Part shown: in pieces, positions 41,412-53,000 of the stretch | Layout of the letters: each line of letters begins with the position of its first letter | How positions within the stretch are numbered: position 1 is the first letter of the stretch | Source: Phycisphaeraceae bacterium | Lineage (GTDB): Bacteria > Planctomycetota > Phycisphaerae > Phycisphaerales > Phycisphaeraceae | Direction: 5' to 3' | DNA: 64,000 nucleotides | Assembly (NCBI GenBank): GCA_963674705.1 | Contig: OY771506.1 | Span: forward strand, 4,544,001-4,608,000 | Position numbers and translations under genes: made by a program | Notes under the pieces: generated by a model | What the model was told of the DNA's origin: nothing | Database searches by the model: none | Seen by the model: the letters and a program-made list of their open reading frames with translations, nothing else

Positions 41412-41753
41412 CAGGCCAAATGTTAAGTTGGGTAAATCCGTAGCCATCCTACTACGCCTAATCTATCATTACCACTGAATCTCTTGTGAAAACACGGTTA
41501 AAGTCTTTCACAGCACCGGCACATCCTTTAAACTATAACAGCTGACACATACACCATTTGGGGGTATGTCATTCTAATTCCGACGGGAGAAAGCCTGACG
41601 CGTGGTGCGCGTAGGAAGGGCTGTCAACTGCCGTCGTTCGACTTCATTACTAAAAAAATAGTCGACCGTAGCGTCCTGTGTTACACACACGATGGCTGCG
41701 GCTATCTATTGCCTATTGAATTTTCCGGGGCTTGTGCCCCACAGGAGTGAGAA

Positions 41754-44700
41754 ATGGGACTCAAGCATATTGATTCTTCAATCTACTGTGTATCGGGTTT
41801 AGTCCTTGCGATGCTCGCAGTTGAGCCTGCCAGCGCGGCGATCTACGAATGGGAATACATCGATCCCGCCAATCCCTCGGCAGGCAAGCAGGAATCCTCC
41901 ACGCTCGTACCCAACGGCGCCGACCTCTACGCCCTGCCCAGGATCGACCTGCGACGCATCCTGGATCGAGCCTACCTCATCGATGCCCCCCTCTGTGGGA
42001 CCAACATGTCCGGCGCTCCCATGACGGACGCCGACCTGACACGCGCCGACCTGAACCTCGCCAACTTCTCCACCAGTGTACTCGCCGGTGCCGTCTTCGA
42101 TCAGGCAACCATCATCGGCGCAAACTTCACCGGCACGGTCCAGTACGGCTTCACCGAAGCTCAACTGGCGTCCACCGTTTCCTACCAGCAAAACAACCTC
42201 AGCCGCGTCTCGCTTGCTTCCAACGACCTGACGGGCTGGGACTTTTCCGGCAAAAACCTCACCGGTGCCGACTTCAACGAAGCCACGTTAACCGATGTGA
42301 ACTTAACCGGGGCCGTCGTCCGTGGTGTGGACTTTTCACACAAGTACAACCGTGGATTCACCGAAGCGCAACTCAAATCGACCGCCAGCTATCAGGCCAA
42401 AGACCTGCGAGGCATCGGCTTCGAACTCACCAACGTCACCGGCTGGAACTTCCAGGGCCAAAACATGACCGGCGCTCAAATGTCCGAGGTACGCTTGCAG
42501 GACGCCAACCTCAACGGCGCAAACCTGTCCCTCGCTGACATGAGCGCCGGCCGGTTCACTAACACGCAGATGGTCGGCGCGAACCTAACGTTAGCGGACA
42601 TCGCAAGCGAATACGTAGACGGGCTGAATCTGACCGACGCCATTGTCCTCGGCACAAACCTGTCTCGCCACACCACCAAGGAGCAGGTTTATTCAACACA
42701 TAGCTATAAAGCAGGCTCACTGCGATCAATCGGATTACGCGGGGCCGATGTGCGTGGCTGGGATCTGGCCGGTATGGACCTGAAAAACGCCAACTTCTAC
42801 GACGCCAACATGTCCGTAGCCAACCTCGCCGGTGCCGACCTGTCATTGGCGAACCTTCAGGAAACAACCAACCTCAACCGCGCTGATCTGTCAGGCGCAC
42901 GCATCAACCGTACTCAACTGCCTTCAGACTTCAGTTGGCAGCAATTGGCGTCCACCGCAAGCTATCAGAACCACGACCTGCGTGGGATCAGACTCGTTCG
43001 AGGCGACCTCACCGATTGGGACCTTTCGGGCCAGGACCTCACAGACGCTTACATGACATATGCAACACTGACCAACGCCGACCTGTCCGGTGCAAACCTG
43101 ACCGACGCCCAGCTCCATTCCGACGACTACACCAGTGCCAACTTCACCGATGCGATCATCAAAGGCGTGTCACTGCGTGTTGGTACGGCTTCCGGTTTCA
43201 CCGAGTCGCAGCTTACATCGACCGCCAGCTACAAGGCCGGCGACCTGACCGGGGTCGACTTCTATGGTAATGACATGTCGGGCTGGGACCTTTCAGGCCA
43301 GGACTTTTCACGAGCGAATCTTGAAGGCGCCACCCTATCAAGGGCAGACTTGCGTAATATCCACGTGATCGAGGGGAAGATATTCCGGGCTACGGCTGAT
43401 GGCGCTAACTTCGCGGATGCGGTGATCCGCGAATCCGGCCTGCACGGCATCAACCTGACCAACGCCAACCTCTTCCGCGCTGATCTTTCCGACTCAGTTC
43501 TGGAAGGTGCCGAGATGCGAGGCGCGATCCTCAGCGGCGCCGTCATCACCGGCACCAGCTTCGAAGGCGCGGACCACCTGACCTTGCAGCAACTCGCCAG
43601 CACCGCAAGCTACCAGGCCAAGAACCTGCGCGGCGTCAACCTCAGCTACATGAACCTCGCCGACTGGAACTTCGTCGGACAGGACCTGACCGACGCCACC
43701 ATCTATGTCTCCGGCTGCGGCTGCTCGCTTGTCGGCGCAGACTTCACCGATGCCATCATCAACGGTGCATGGATCTACCCGCTGACCCAAACACAACTCA
43801 CCAGCACCGCCAGCTACAAGAACCGCGACCTGAGCTACATCAGGCTATCGGATAACAGCCTGCGCAACTGGAACTTCTCGGGCCTGAACCTGACAGGTGC
43901 TCAGTTCGACGATGCGACTGTCATCAGCACAAACTTCACCGACGCCATCATTAACGATGCCAACTTCGGCTACGGCACGGACCACGGCTTCACCGAAGCG
44001 CATCTCAAATCCACCGCCAGCTACAAGGCCCATGACCTGTCCGGGATCATCCTCACGAAGAATGATTTAACCGGCTGGGATTTTTCCAACCAGGACCTGA
44101 CCGGCGCATCGATCATCAGTTCCACGCTGACCGGGGCCGACTTCAGCGGCGCTATCATTCGGGATGCAAACCTTGGACGTTCTGATTACGAAGGCGGAAT
44201 CACCCGGCAGCAGCTTGAATCGACGGCCAGCTACCAGGGCGGCGACTTGCGCGGTGTGAGTTTTTCGGGCAACGATCTTTCCGGCTGGGATTTATCCGGT
44301 CACAACCTGTCCGGTGCGGACTTCCGCAGCTCGCTTCTGATCGGTACGGACTTCACAGACAGCAACATTCAAAACGCCAACTTCCGCTCAACGACAGGCA
44401 GCGTGTTCACCATGGAGCAGCTCGCCAGCACCGCCAGCTACAAGGCCAGCGATCTGCGCGGCGTCGACTTCAGCTACAACCTCCTTGTCGGCTGGGACTT
44501 CAGTGGCCAGGACCTGACCGGGGCGAACTTCTACAGCAGCTATCTACTCGGCGTCAACTTTGAAAACGCCATTATCCGCAACGCTAACTTATCATCGATT
44601 TCTAACGGCACCATATTCTCCGAAGAGATGCTCGCAAGCACCGCAAGCTACAAGGCACGGGACCTGCGCGGCGTGCTCATGGAATCGGTGCACGTCGAGC

Positions 44701-45413
44701 AGTGGGACTTCTCACACCAGAACCTCGAAGGCGCAAGCTTCCGCAATTCCCTCTTAAGCGCTACGGACTTCTCATACGCAAACCTCAAGTATGTCGACTT
44801 CTACGGGACGCTGTTCAATCTCACCGACCTGACCGGCGCGGATATGCGCGGTGCAATCAACGTCGAATGGTACAGTCTGGAAGTGGCCTATACCCCAAAC
44901 ATGATCCGCCCCGACGGCCGGATGCTCGACGGCCTGGTGATCACGGACGGCCAAACCATGACCATCCGGGATTACGACACGATCATCGACGTCGATGCCG
45001 ACGCCGACGATGTCGGCATGCCCATCAATATCCTCCAGGCGATGCAGATCGGCGCGGACGGGACACTCCGCTTCGTGTTCGATGATACGCAATGGGGCTC
45101 GACCATGACCTTCGATCCGAGAATCGAGGCCGTGGTTTTCGACGGCACGCTCGACTTCGTCGTCGACTTAGATAAAGGTCTGAATATTCAGGACCTGTTG
45201 GGCGTCGAGTTCCAGCTATTTAACTATGTAGATGTTTTGGTCGACGGCCGGTTCGCTTCTATCCATGTCGACCCGCTTATCATCGACGCCGGGCTCAACA
45301 TCGATACCAGCCGGCTCTACTCGGACGGCGTTGTCAGCTTCGTACCCGAACCGGCCTCCGCGGTTCTGTTGGGTCTGGCGAGCATGTGCATGATGCGTCG
45401 CCGTCGAAATTGA
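41754..45413 (+). CDS. Large pentapeptide-repeat protein with PEP-CTERM
   Basis: AGGAG RBS, signal peptide, A(D/N)L/F.. repeats broken by 11 QL.STASY...DL modules, VPEPASAVLLGL...RRRRN. Confidence 0.92.
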   Translation: MGLKHIDSSIYCVSGLVLAMLAVEPASAAIYEWEYIDPANPSAGKQESSTLVPNGADLYALPRIDLRRILDRAYLIDAPLCGTNMSGAPMTDADLTRADLNLANFSTSVLAGAVFDQATIIGANFTGTVQYGFTEAQLASTVSYQQNNLSRVSLASNDLTGWDFSGKNLTGADFNEATLTDVNLTGAVVRGVDFSHKYNRGFTEAQLKSTASYQAKDLRGIGFELTNVTGWNFQGQNMTGAQMSEVRLQDANLNGANLSLADMSAGRFTNTQMVGANLTLADIASEYVDGLNLTDAIVLGTNLSRHTTKEQVYSTHSYKAGSLRSIGLRGADVRGWDLAGMDLKNANFYDANMSVANLAGADLSLANLQETTNLNRADLSGARINRTQLPSDFSWQQLASTASYQNHDLRGIRLVRGDLTDWDLSGQDLTDAYMTYATLTNADLSGANLTDAQLHSDDYTSANFTDAIIKGVSLRVGTASGFTESQLTSTASYKAGDLTGVDFYGNDMSGWDLSGQDFSRANLEGATLSRADLRNIHVIEGKIFRATADGANFADAVIRESGLHGINLTNANLFRADLSDSVLEGAEMRGAILSGAVITGTSFEGADHLTLQQLASTASYQAKNLRGVNLSYMNLADWNFVGQDLTDATIYVSGCGCSLVGADFTDAIINGAWIYPLTQTQLTSTASYKNRDLSYIRLSDNSLRNWNFSGLNLTGAQFDDATVISTNFTDAIINDANFGYGTDHGFTEAHLKSTASYKAHDLSGIILTKNDLTGWDFSNQDLTGASIISSTLTGADFSGAIIRDANLGRSDYEGGITRQQLESTASYQGGDLRGVSFSGNDLSGWDLSGHNLSGADFRSSLLIGTDFTDSNIQNANFRSTTGSVFTMEQLASTASYKASDLRGVDFSYNLLVGWDFSGQDLTGANFYSSYLLGVNFENAIIRNANLSSISNGTIFSEEMLASTASYKARDLRGVLMESVHVEQWDFSHQNLEGASFRNSLLSATDFSYANLKYVDFYGTLFNLTDLTGADMRGAINVEWYSLEVAYTPNMIRPDGRMLDGLVITDGQTMTIRDYDTIIDVDADADDVGMPINILQAMQIGADGTLRFVFDDTQWGSTMTFDPRIEAVVFDGTLDFVVDLDKGLNIQDLLGVEFQLFNYVDVLVDGRFASIHVDPLIIDAGLNIDTSRLYSDGVVSFVPEPASAVLLGLASMCMMRRRRN

Positions 45414-45450
45414 TGTGCTGCAAACAGTTCGTTTCTCCCTCGCAGGGTTT

Positions 45451-48400
45451 ATGAAAATGATTGATAAACATCATCTGACGATAACGGCCGGCTATATCAC
45501 CTGTGCGATCCTGTCTGCCGCAGCGCACGGCGAAACCGCGACGTGGGACGCCGGCGGGCTCGTTCCTTATTGGAGCACGCCGGAGAACTGGGTCGGTGAT
45601 GTTGCCCCGGCGAACGACGGAACAGCGGATATCAACTTCATTACCAATCCCCCGGCTACGCCCATCCTGATCCAATCCTGGTCGATCCATTCGCTGAACA
45701 TGTTGGATGCTACCAAATTGATGTCGTTGTCAGGCGATACGCTGACGATCGGCGCGGGCGGTTTTAATGCTACCCCTATTGGCTCTTACAACACACCCAC
45801 ACTGATCTGGAACAACATCACACTCTCGGCAGCCCAGACCTGGCAAAACACGTTGAAGTACACCGATCTGGCTGGTGACTTTGATGCTGGCGGTTACCAC
45901 CTGACGATCAATAACACCGGCAGGTTTACTTTCTTAGAAGATGCCAATTTTTCGGGCGGTCTGACCAAACTCGGCAGCGGCACGCTGTACTTCGATAACA
46001 CACCAACCGCCAGCAACGGCGTCTCGATGCGGGCGGGTGTGCTGTCGATCCCATCACCGATTACCGGTGGCGTTCAACTCAGCGGCGGCGCACTTGAAAC
46101 ACGCGGCGACTGGGATGTCACGGACCTTCTCGCGTCAAATTCGATCAGCGGCGACCTTATCTGGAGCGATGTAGCGGATATCACGTTCGGTGGAACCAAC
46201 CTGCTCGACTTCGCCACTGTCGGTGCGAGCGGCCCCGTGCGTATGGGCGCAAGTGTCGACAGCTCGATCAGCGCGTCGGTGGTCATCATCCCGGACCCTG
46301 CATCACGCACGCTGCACTTCGGCGCAGGTGACGCCGAACTGACTGTCAACAGTAACTTGACCGACTCCGCCGCAGGCCCAACCCACCTGACTTTCTCAGG
46401 CAGCGGAACCACTATCCTCAACGGTTCAAACACATACACCGGCATCACCACCATTTCAGGTGGCGTCGTCGAAGCGAATACCCCCACCGCTTTCGGAACC
46501 ACCAACAATCCCACAACCGTTACGGGCGGTGATGTGCTTGTCAACGCCACCACCAGCGAAGCATTCATCGTTGAAGGTGGAACGTTGCAGACATCGAGGC
46601 ACGTCGATTCCACGTTCAATATCTCCGGCGGCACGTTAACGTTAGTCGATCCATACACGATGACGTTTGACAATGTCATCACCATGAGCGGCGGAACTCT
46701 TAATTACAGGGTAGATCCCAACAACACCGGTATCGTCACCAGTCCTATCACCGTCGAAGGCGGTGGCCGCGTCACGATAGGTGGCTATGCCAGTTATGAC
46801 GAAGTCCATCTGGCCGGCCCGATCACTGGCGACGGCAGCATTGCTTTGCAGACGATCTACACCCACCTCGTGATCGATAGCTCCATGTCGCATACCGGCG
46901 ACACCATCATCTACCACGATAGTAAACTCAATGAGACGTGGGATCACGGCGTCTATTTTGAATCGACACAATCCTTTGGCGGCGACCTGATTATCGAACG
47001 AGGCTTCCTCGTCAACAACGCGCCGAACACCGTGCCGAACCTCATCATGATCGACGGCCGAGTCCAAGGCTCCGCGCCGCTGACCGTGCTGAATCCGATC
47101 CTGAACCTGCCCGCAGGCGAGATCAACATCCCGGGCGGACTGGTCGGCATCACAGATATCCGCAAGATCACCATGGACGAAGCTCGCCTCATGGACTTCG
47201 GCACCCAGATCAATCCGACGGTCACCGTCGAAGCGGGCAGGCTCGTGCTGGGTAAAGCTGCCGGCGAAGCTGCCGACGGCCCGGTCACGATTCTAACGAA
47301 TGCGCAGGCTGACATCGCGATCGACAGCACCGTCGATGTCGCGGTCGATATCCAGCTCAACAACGGCAAGGGCATATCCTATTCCGGCGCACTGACCAAT
47401 GATGAAGTCGGTCGCGTCAGCGGCACGATCTATCTCGGTGATCAAGGCGCCTACATCGGCGGGATCGATACGGATGGGTATAACGATTACCACTACCTCA
47501 GACTGTCAGGACGAATCACCGGCGGGGACCTGACCAAGGTCGGCGCTAACCGTGTCGTCATCGCGGGGGCCAACAACGACTACACCGGTGAAACAACCAT
47601 CGTCGACGGCGTCCTGCACATCACCGACGGCGGGCAACTCACCACAACCAGTTCGATTAACATCCGTGGCGACGGTGTCCTGCGCCTCGATGACGGTACA
47701 CTCAACAGCAACTGGAACCACATCGGCGATGACATCCCCATCCACATGCACAACGGTATCGTTGAGCTGATATCACCTATCAATCTACCTGTCTATGAAG
47801 AAACCTTCGGCGTGCTAAACCTCGATCGCGGTGGCGCGGTCTTTGTTTCTGACCAGGAATCGTACGGCACAGCGACACCGCAGATTGTCACGTTCGACCG
47901 GATCAGACGCCAATGGTCTGCCACCGTCGCGTTCCAAAGCGATTGGGGACGGATGGGTGTTGTCGATGGCGCCATCACCTACAAACTTCTCAACACACCA
48001 ACACTGAACGACGGCATCATCGGAGGCTGGGCCGTTACCATCGTCCCGGGATACAACGAAGTCGACTTCGTCACCTACGACCCGGTCCTCGGTATCTCCC
48101 CCCTGTCCGCCACCGGTCGTCCTTCGGATATCAACACCGCCGGCGCGGCCGACAACGTGATGCTCAGCGGCGATTCAATCATGACCGCCGACCGCACGAT
48201 CAATTCACTGCACATGAATGAATCCGACCTCGACCTCGGCGGCCACAAACTGACCATCGACAGCGGCGGCATGATCCTTGGCGGCATCGGCAGCACACCG
48301 ACAATCGAAAACGGGCAGCTCGCCAGCGGTGCGGACACCTCCGAACTCATCATGCTTGTCGGTAGAACAAACCATTCGCACAGCGGCGCGATCTACGCCG

Positions 48401-49962
48401 ACATCGTGGATGGCTCCACCGGCAGGACGGACCTGGTCGTCTCCCGCTACCGTCAAGAAGCTGCCACGTACATCCGACTCCACGGCAACAACACCTACAG
48501 CGGCACAACGTTTGCCAATAAAGGCGCGGGCATCCTTGTCTATGAAGCCTCTGCCGTGCCGACCATGAACGATCTTGTCTTGAACGGCGGCTATTACAAC
48601 ATCCTGATCGACAGCGGAGAGATACAGTTTGGGGATATCTGGCTGCGGGACGATGCCGAACTGGTATCACAAAACTACAACGGCCTGTCCGCCGGGTTGA
48701 TCTTCGTCGAATCCGGTTCCATCCGAGCCGACCTGCATGACTTCACTTCACTGATCAAAACATCCACCGGCGTGCTGACGATCGGTTACGCAAACAACGA
48801 CCAGTACCAGGAAATGACAAATAGCAACGCGATGGGTTACTTCGACTTCCACGAAGGCATCGTTGTCGTGCAACCCACTTATGGATTTGGCAATGCAATA
48901 GCCACCGTCCATGATGGCGCGCGATTGGTCCTTGACCGCAGAGTTTATGCTGATGACTCGATCATGCACGGCAATATCGATCTGGAAGGCGGCGAGCTTG
49001 CGGCCGGCTACAAAGAGGACCTTATCCTGCAAGGCTCACTCGGTGTCATCTCCGATTCAACCATCTTGACGAACTACGGCCTTGCCGGCCTGGATTACAG
49101 CCATTCCGCCTACGATGTCAGCGACCCCTTCGGTGCACGCCATATCACACTCGACTGCGATACATGGGTATGGCATGACGTCACCCTCACCGCAAAAGGC
49201 AGCGGATCATTGACCATCATCGGCAACCTGGAAATGGCTCCGGGCTCAACCATCGCCGGCAACGTCCTGGTAAAACCGTCATCCGGCAACACCATCAACA
49301 CCACCGGCACCATCGAAGGCAACGTCGTCATCGGTGATGGTGCAACCGCGATCCTGCCCGGTAATGAATCCGTCCAGTTAACCGTCCTCGGTAACTACAC
49401 GCAACTGCTCGGTGGCGTTCTGGATATCACACTGTCTGCCGATGACTTCACAACTGCCAACGCCTCAGCAAGCTTATCCATCACCGGCTCCACCGAATTC
49501 GCGGGCGAACTGCTCGTGAGTCTGCCCGACGGTTTCACGCCCGACTTCGGCGACCAATTCACACTCATCGCCGCCGACTCCTTGCTCGGTGAATTCGATA
49601 ACGTCACCCTGCCCTCGCTCAGCGAAAACATGATGTGGACGATGCTTCAGGACGAAACGAGCCTGAGCCTGTACGTATCAAGCCTGATTCAAGGCGATTT
49701 GAACGATGATGGTTTTGTCGGCCTCGACGACCTGGATATCGTCTTAAGAAACTGGAACGATACCACACCGCTGAACGATCCACGCGCCGACGTCTCCGGC
49801 CCGGACGGCGTTCCCGACGGCTTCGTCGGCCTCGACGATCTTGACATCATCCTCCAGCATTGGAACCAAGGCACACCGTCATCATCAAACACTAACATCC
49901 CCGAACCCCACAGCCTCTCAATCCTGGGAATCGGCTGCCTTGCGATGCTGCGACGACAATAG
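45451..49962 (+). CDS. Autotransporter-associated beta-strand repeat protein with dockerin-like pair and PEP-CTERM
   Basis: Signal peptide; GLTKLGSGTL, NTYTGITTISGG, NDYTGETTIVDG; GDLNDDGFVGLDDLD pair; IPEPHSL...RRQ. Confidence 0.9.
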   Translation: MKMIDKHHLTITAGYITCAILSAAAHGETATWDAGGLVPYWSTPENWVGDVAPANDGTADINFITNPPATPILIQSWSIHSLNMLDATKLMSLSGDTLTIGAGGFNATPIGSYNTPTLIWNNITLSAAQTWQNTLKYTDLAGDFDAGGYHLTINNTGRFTFLEDANFSGGLTKLGSGTLYFDNTPTASNGVSMRAGVLSIPSPITGGVQLSGGALETRGDWDVTDLLASNSISGDLIWSDVADITFGGTNLLDFATVGASGPVRMGASVDSSISASVVIIPDPASRTLHFGAGDAELTVNSNLTDSAAGPTHLTFSGSGTTILNGSNTYTGITTISGGVVEANTPTAFGTTNNPTTVTGGDVLVNATTSEAFIVEGGTLQTSRHVDSTFNISGGTLTLVDPYTMTFDNVITMSGGTLNYRVDPNNTGIVTSPITVEGGGRVTIGGYASYDEVHLAGPITGDGSIALQTIYTHLVIDSSMSHTGDTIIYHDSKLNETWDHGVYFESTQSFGGDLIIERGFLVNNAPNTVPNLIMIDGRVQGSAPLTVLNPILNLPAGEINIPGGLVGITDIRKITMDEARLMDFGTQINPTVTVEAGRLVLGKAAGEAADGPVTILTNAQADIAIDSTVDVAVDIQLNNGKGISYSGALTNDEVGRVSGTIYLGDQGAYIGGIDTDGYNDYHYLRLSGRITGGDLTKVGANRVVIAGANNDYTGETTIVDGVLHITDGGQLTTTSSINIRGDGVLRLDDGTLNSNWNHIGDDIPIHMHNGIVELISPINLPVYEETFGVLNLDRGGAVFVSDQESYGTATPQIVTFDRIRRQWSATVAFQSDWGRMGVVDGAITYKLLNTPTLNDGIIGGWAVTIVPGYNEVDFVTYDPVLGISPLSATGRPSDINTAGAADNVMLSGDSIMTADRTINSLHMNESDLDLGGHKLTIDSGGMILGGIGSTPTIENGQLASGADTSELIMLVGRTNHSHSGAIYADIVDGSTGRTDLVVSRYRQEAATYIRLHGNNTYSGTTFANKGAGILVYEASAVPTMNDLVLNGGYYNILIDSGEIQFGDIWLRDDAELVSQNYNGLSAGLIFVESGSIRADLHDFTSLIKTSTGVLTIGYANNDQYQEMTNSNAMGYFDFHEGIVVVQPTYGFGNAIATVHDGARLVLDRRVYADDSIMHGNIDLEGGELAAGYKEDLILQGSLGVISDSTILTNYGLAGLDYSHSAYDVSDPFGARHITLDCDTWVWHDVTLTAKGSGSLTIIGNLEMAPGSTIAGNVLVKPSSGNTINTTGTIEGNVVIGDGATAILPGNESVQLTVLGNYTQLLGGVLDITLSADDFTTANASASLSITGSTEFAGELLVSLPDGFTPDFGDQFTLIAADSLLGEFDNVTLPSLSENMMWTMLQDETSLSLYVSSLIQGDLNDDGFVGLDDLDIVLRNWNDTTPLNDPRADVSGPDGVPDGFVGLDDLDIILQHWNQGTPSSSNTNIPEPHSLSILGIGCLAMLRRQ

Positions 49963-50094
49963 TGTTAACCCCTCTTTTTTAGTGTAATACATCGTCAATA
50001 TCACGCTTATTGCTGATCTTCCCCATTGCACAGGGCCTGTCAGCATATAAAATAGTCGTGTATCTACACCGCCATACCAAGTGGGGAAATCACA

Positions 50095-53000
50095 ATGCCG
50101 GGACGCGATCAATCTCTTTTTACATCCACGCTAAAGCGAACAACTTCTCCTCAGATAGATTCGACATCTACTAACATCCACTTCGAGCCCCTCGAACCGC
50201 GCCTGCTGCTCAGCGCAACAGTAATCGATCCAAACCTCGTCGAATCCATATCCACCTCGGCACAGGAGGTGTCTGCCCCCGCCGACGCCGCGGATTCTTT
50301 CTACCATCAGCAAACGCAATACGACAACTTCTTCTGGCCAAACACTATCTCGTTCGACTTCGCGATTGATCCGGACGCGATCGACGGCCTCATCGACATC
50401 ACCGCCCTCTCCGATCTCAACGGCACCGGCGAAACCGTCGCCTACGACATCGAAGGCATCGTCGCCGGCACCCTCTTCACCGCCGAAGACGACGGCCTGC
50501 GCCCCTTCACCGCTTCCATCCAGATCAGCGACGCCGACCTCGCCACGATCGCGGCGGATGGCAACCTGCATATCGAGTTCACCCCGTCTTCCAACGTCGA
50601 TGATTACTACGACGTACAGGAATACGTCACCGTCGCCCTGTCTTACCAGGTCATCCAGACCGGCTCCATCTCCGGCCTTGTCTGGGCCGACATCAACGCC
50701 GACGGCACGCACGATCCCGACGAACCCGGCCAATCAGGCGTCACCGTGTTCCTCGATACCAATCAGAACGGCCAGCTCGACTGGACCGATACCGATGCCG
50801 ACCAGCTCTGGTCCCCCGGCGAAGGTGAACAATGGATCAGCACCGACGAAACAGGTCAGTACGTATTCAACGAACTTCCGCCCGGCGATTACCCCGTCGT
50901 GATCGAACCCGCTAGCTGGCAGAAACTGACAACATACGCGAACAACGCCTGGTCAGACATGCCGATTCTTGTCGATGCCATTTCCGGACCTGATATCTAT
51001 CCCTACACGAGCTTCGGGAATCGTGTAGCGGATTCGGGCGAACGTTTACTGGTTATCGCGACGCTGCCGCCGGTTGAGGGATATCTTGGTGGGGGTTATA
51101 TCTATCACAAAACATCCGAAGGCTACCGCCTGGAAGGTGTAGTGCAAATCCCGGAAGGCATCGGTGTAGATAGACTGAATCTCAGTGAAGTCGCGATAAC
51201 CGATGATTGGGTCGCCATCTCGGGATGGACCCTGAACGATGATTATGAAGGCCCGGCCATCACCATGTTCCACCGGACTGGCAGCACGTGGTCGCTGCAT
51301 TCAGTCGTCTACGCACCGGGCACCGATACAATCGATCCGCCTTACTTTTACCAAAGCGCATTAATTGCAATGGCTGGCTCGACGATGACGGTCACCTCAC
51401 TCAGGACGCAACAAGCCTGGGTCTTTGAATATCAGGATGGCATCTGGACAGACGTCGCCGACATCACACCCGATGATATCACACGCATAAACGCCTATCC
51501 TTATCCGGACGATGCTTTCGGTCATGATGTGGTGATGGACGAAAATACGATCGTCATCGGTGCACCCGGTCAATACGATGAACCGACGCAAGGCTATGGC
51601 GCGTTGTACATCTATGAACGTGTCGACGGCGTCTGGACCCAAACCGCCAAATTCACGAATACCGACGGCTCTAAAGTCAGACTAGGAACAACTCTGGACC
51701 TATCAGGCGATCTGCTCATCTCAGGCGCCCCCAATCGAACCGGTATCGTCAGCACTGGATATGTTTACATTTACAGGAACACACCCGACCAGGGTTGGCA
51801 GTTGGAACAACGATTATCGGAGACGACATCGGCTACGGCAACTACTTCGGCGCAACCGTGGCAATCGTCGGCAATGTCATCGCCGCCCAGGCCCGCAGCT
51901 ACGGCACTGATACCTCCAATAACGCCGTCTACTTGTTCGAGTATGACGGTACGACCTGGATTCAGACAAACAAGCTGCACTCCGACACACTCGGCACCAG
52001 CACCGGTACAGTATATGCCGTCGATGACACGCTCATTCTCCCGAATACCGGTTACGATATCGAATCAAGCAACGAAGGACGTGTGTTCTTTTATCAACCC
52101 GACAACGCGACCTACCAGACCACCGTCTCCCTCAGCGAAGGTCAACTCTACAACCTCGATGATGTGGGTGTGACACACACCGCCCCATCCATCACACTGC
52201 TGGCAGACAGCGACACAGGCATCAGCAGCTCCGACCGTAACACGTCGCTGAACAATCACGATGGTGGTTCACTACTCACCTTCTTTGTCAGCGGCGTCGA
52301 GCCCGGCTCCATTGTCACGCTCTTTGACAACGACGGCGACAGCATCGGCTCCGCACAGGCAACCGGTAACAGCCTGTACATCACAACCGACGGCCAGACC
52401 ACACTCGCCGACGGCCTGCAATGGATCGAATTGAGCATCACAAGCCCAACCGGCGATACATGGGCTACCAGTCAGTGGATCGATCTCGTCATCGATACTG
52501 TCGCGCCCGTCGCGCAGGTCGACCCGCAATCCACGGTCGCACTGCTACCGAGCCTGTCAGGCTACGTCAACGAACCGGATGCGCAGGTCAGCGTATTCAT
52601 CGGCCTGGATGTGTTCAACGTGGACCCCGATGAAACAGGGCAATGGACCATCGCGCAAGGCGATATGCCCGCACTCAACATCGGAACCTACAACGTCGTT
52701 GTATATGCAACAGACTTGGCGGGTAACTTCAGCGTTACCGAATTCCAAGACGCCCTGGCAACAACCGCCCCATCCGAGATTTCCGGCGTCGTCTGGCGCG
52801 ACATTAACGGTAACGGCATACAGGAAGTCAACGAACCCGGCCAGGCTCAGGTCGCTGTTTACCTCGACCTGAATGTCGACGGCAGATGGAACGCCGACGA
52901 ACCACGGCAATTCACCTCCGAAGATATCACCGACACACCCGAAGACGAAGCCGGCCATTATCACTTCACCGATCTGCCGGAAGGTGATTACTTCATCCGC

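Noticed and set aside
41581..41640. c-di-GMP-I/II or ZTP riboswitch
   Set aside because: The consensus elements I recall are not matched; kept only as an unassigned structured leader.
28268..49962. Calling the beta-strand-repeat proteins autotransporters
   Set aside because: They end in PEP-CTERM, not a beta-barrel translocator.
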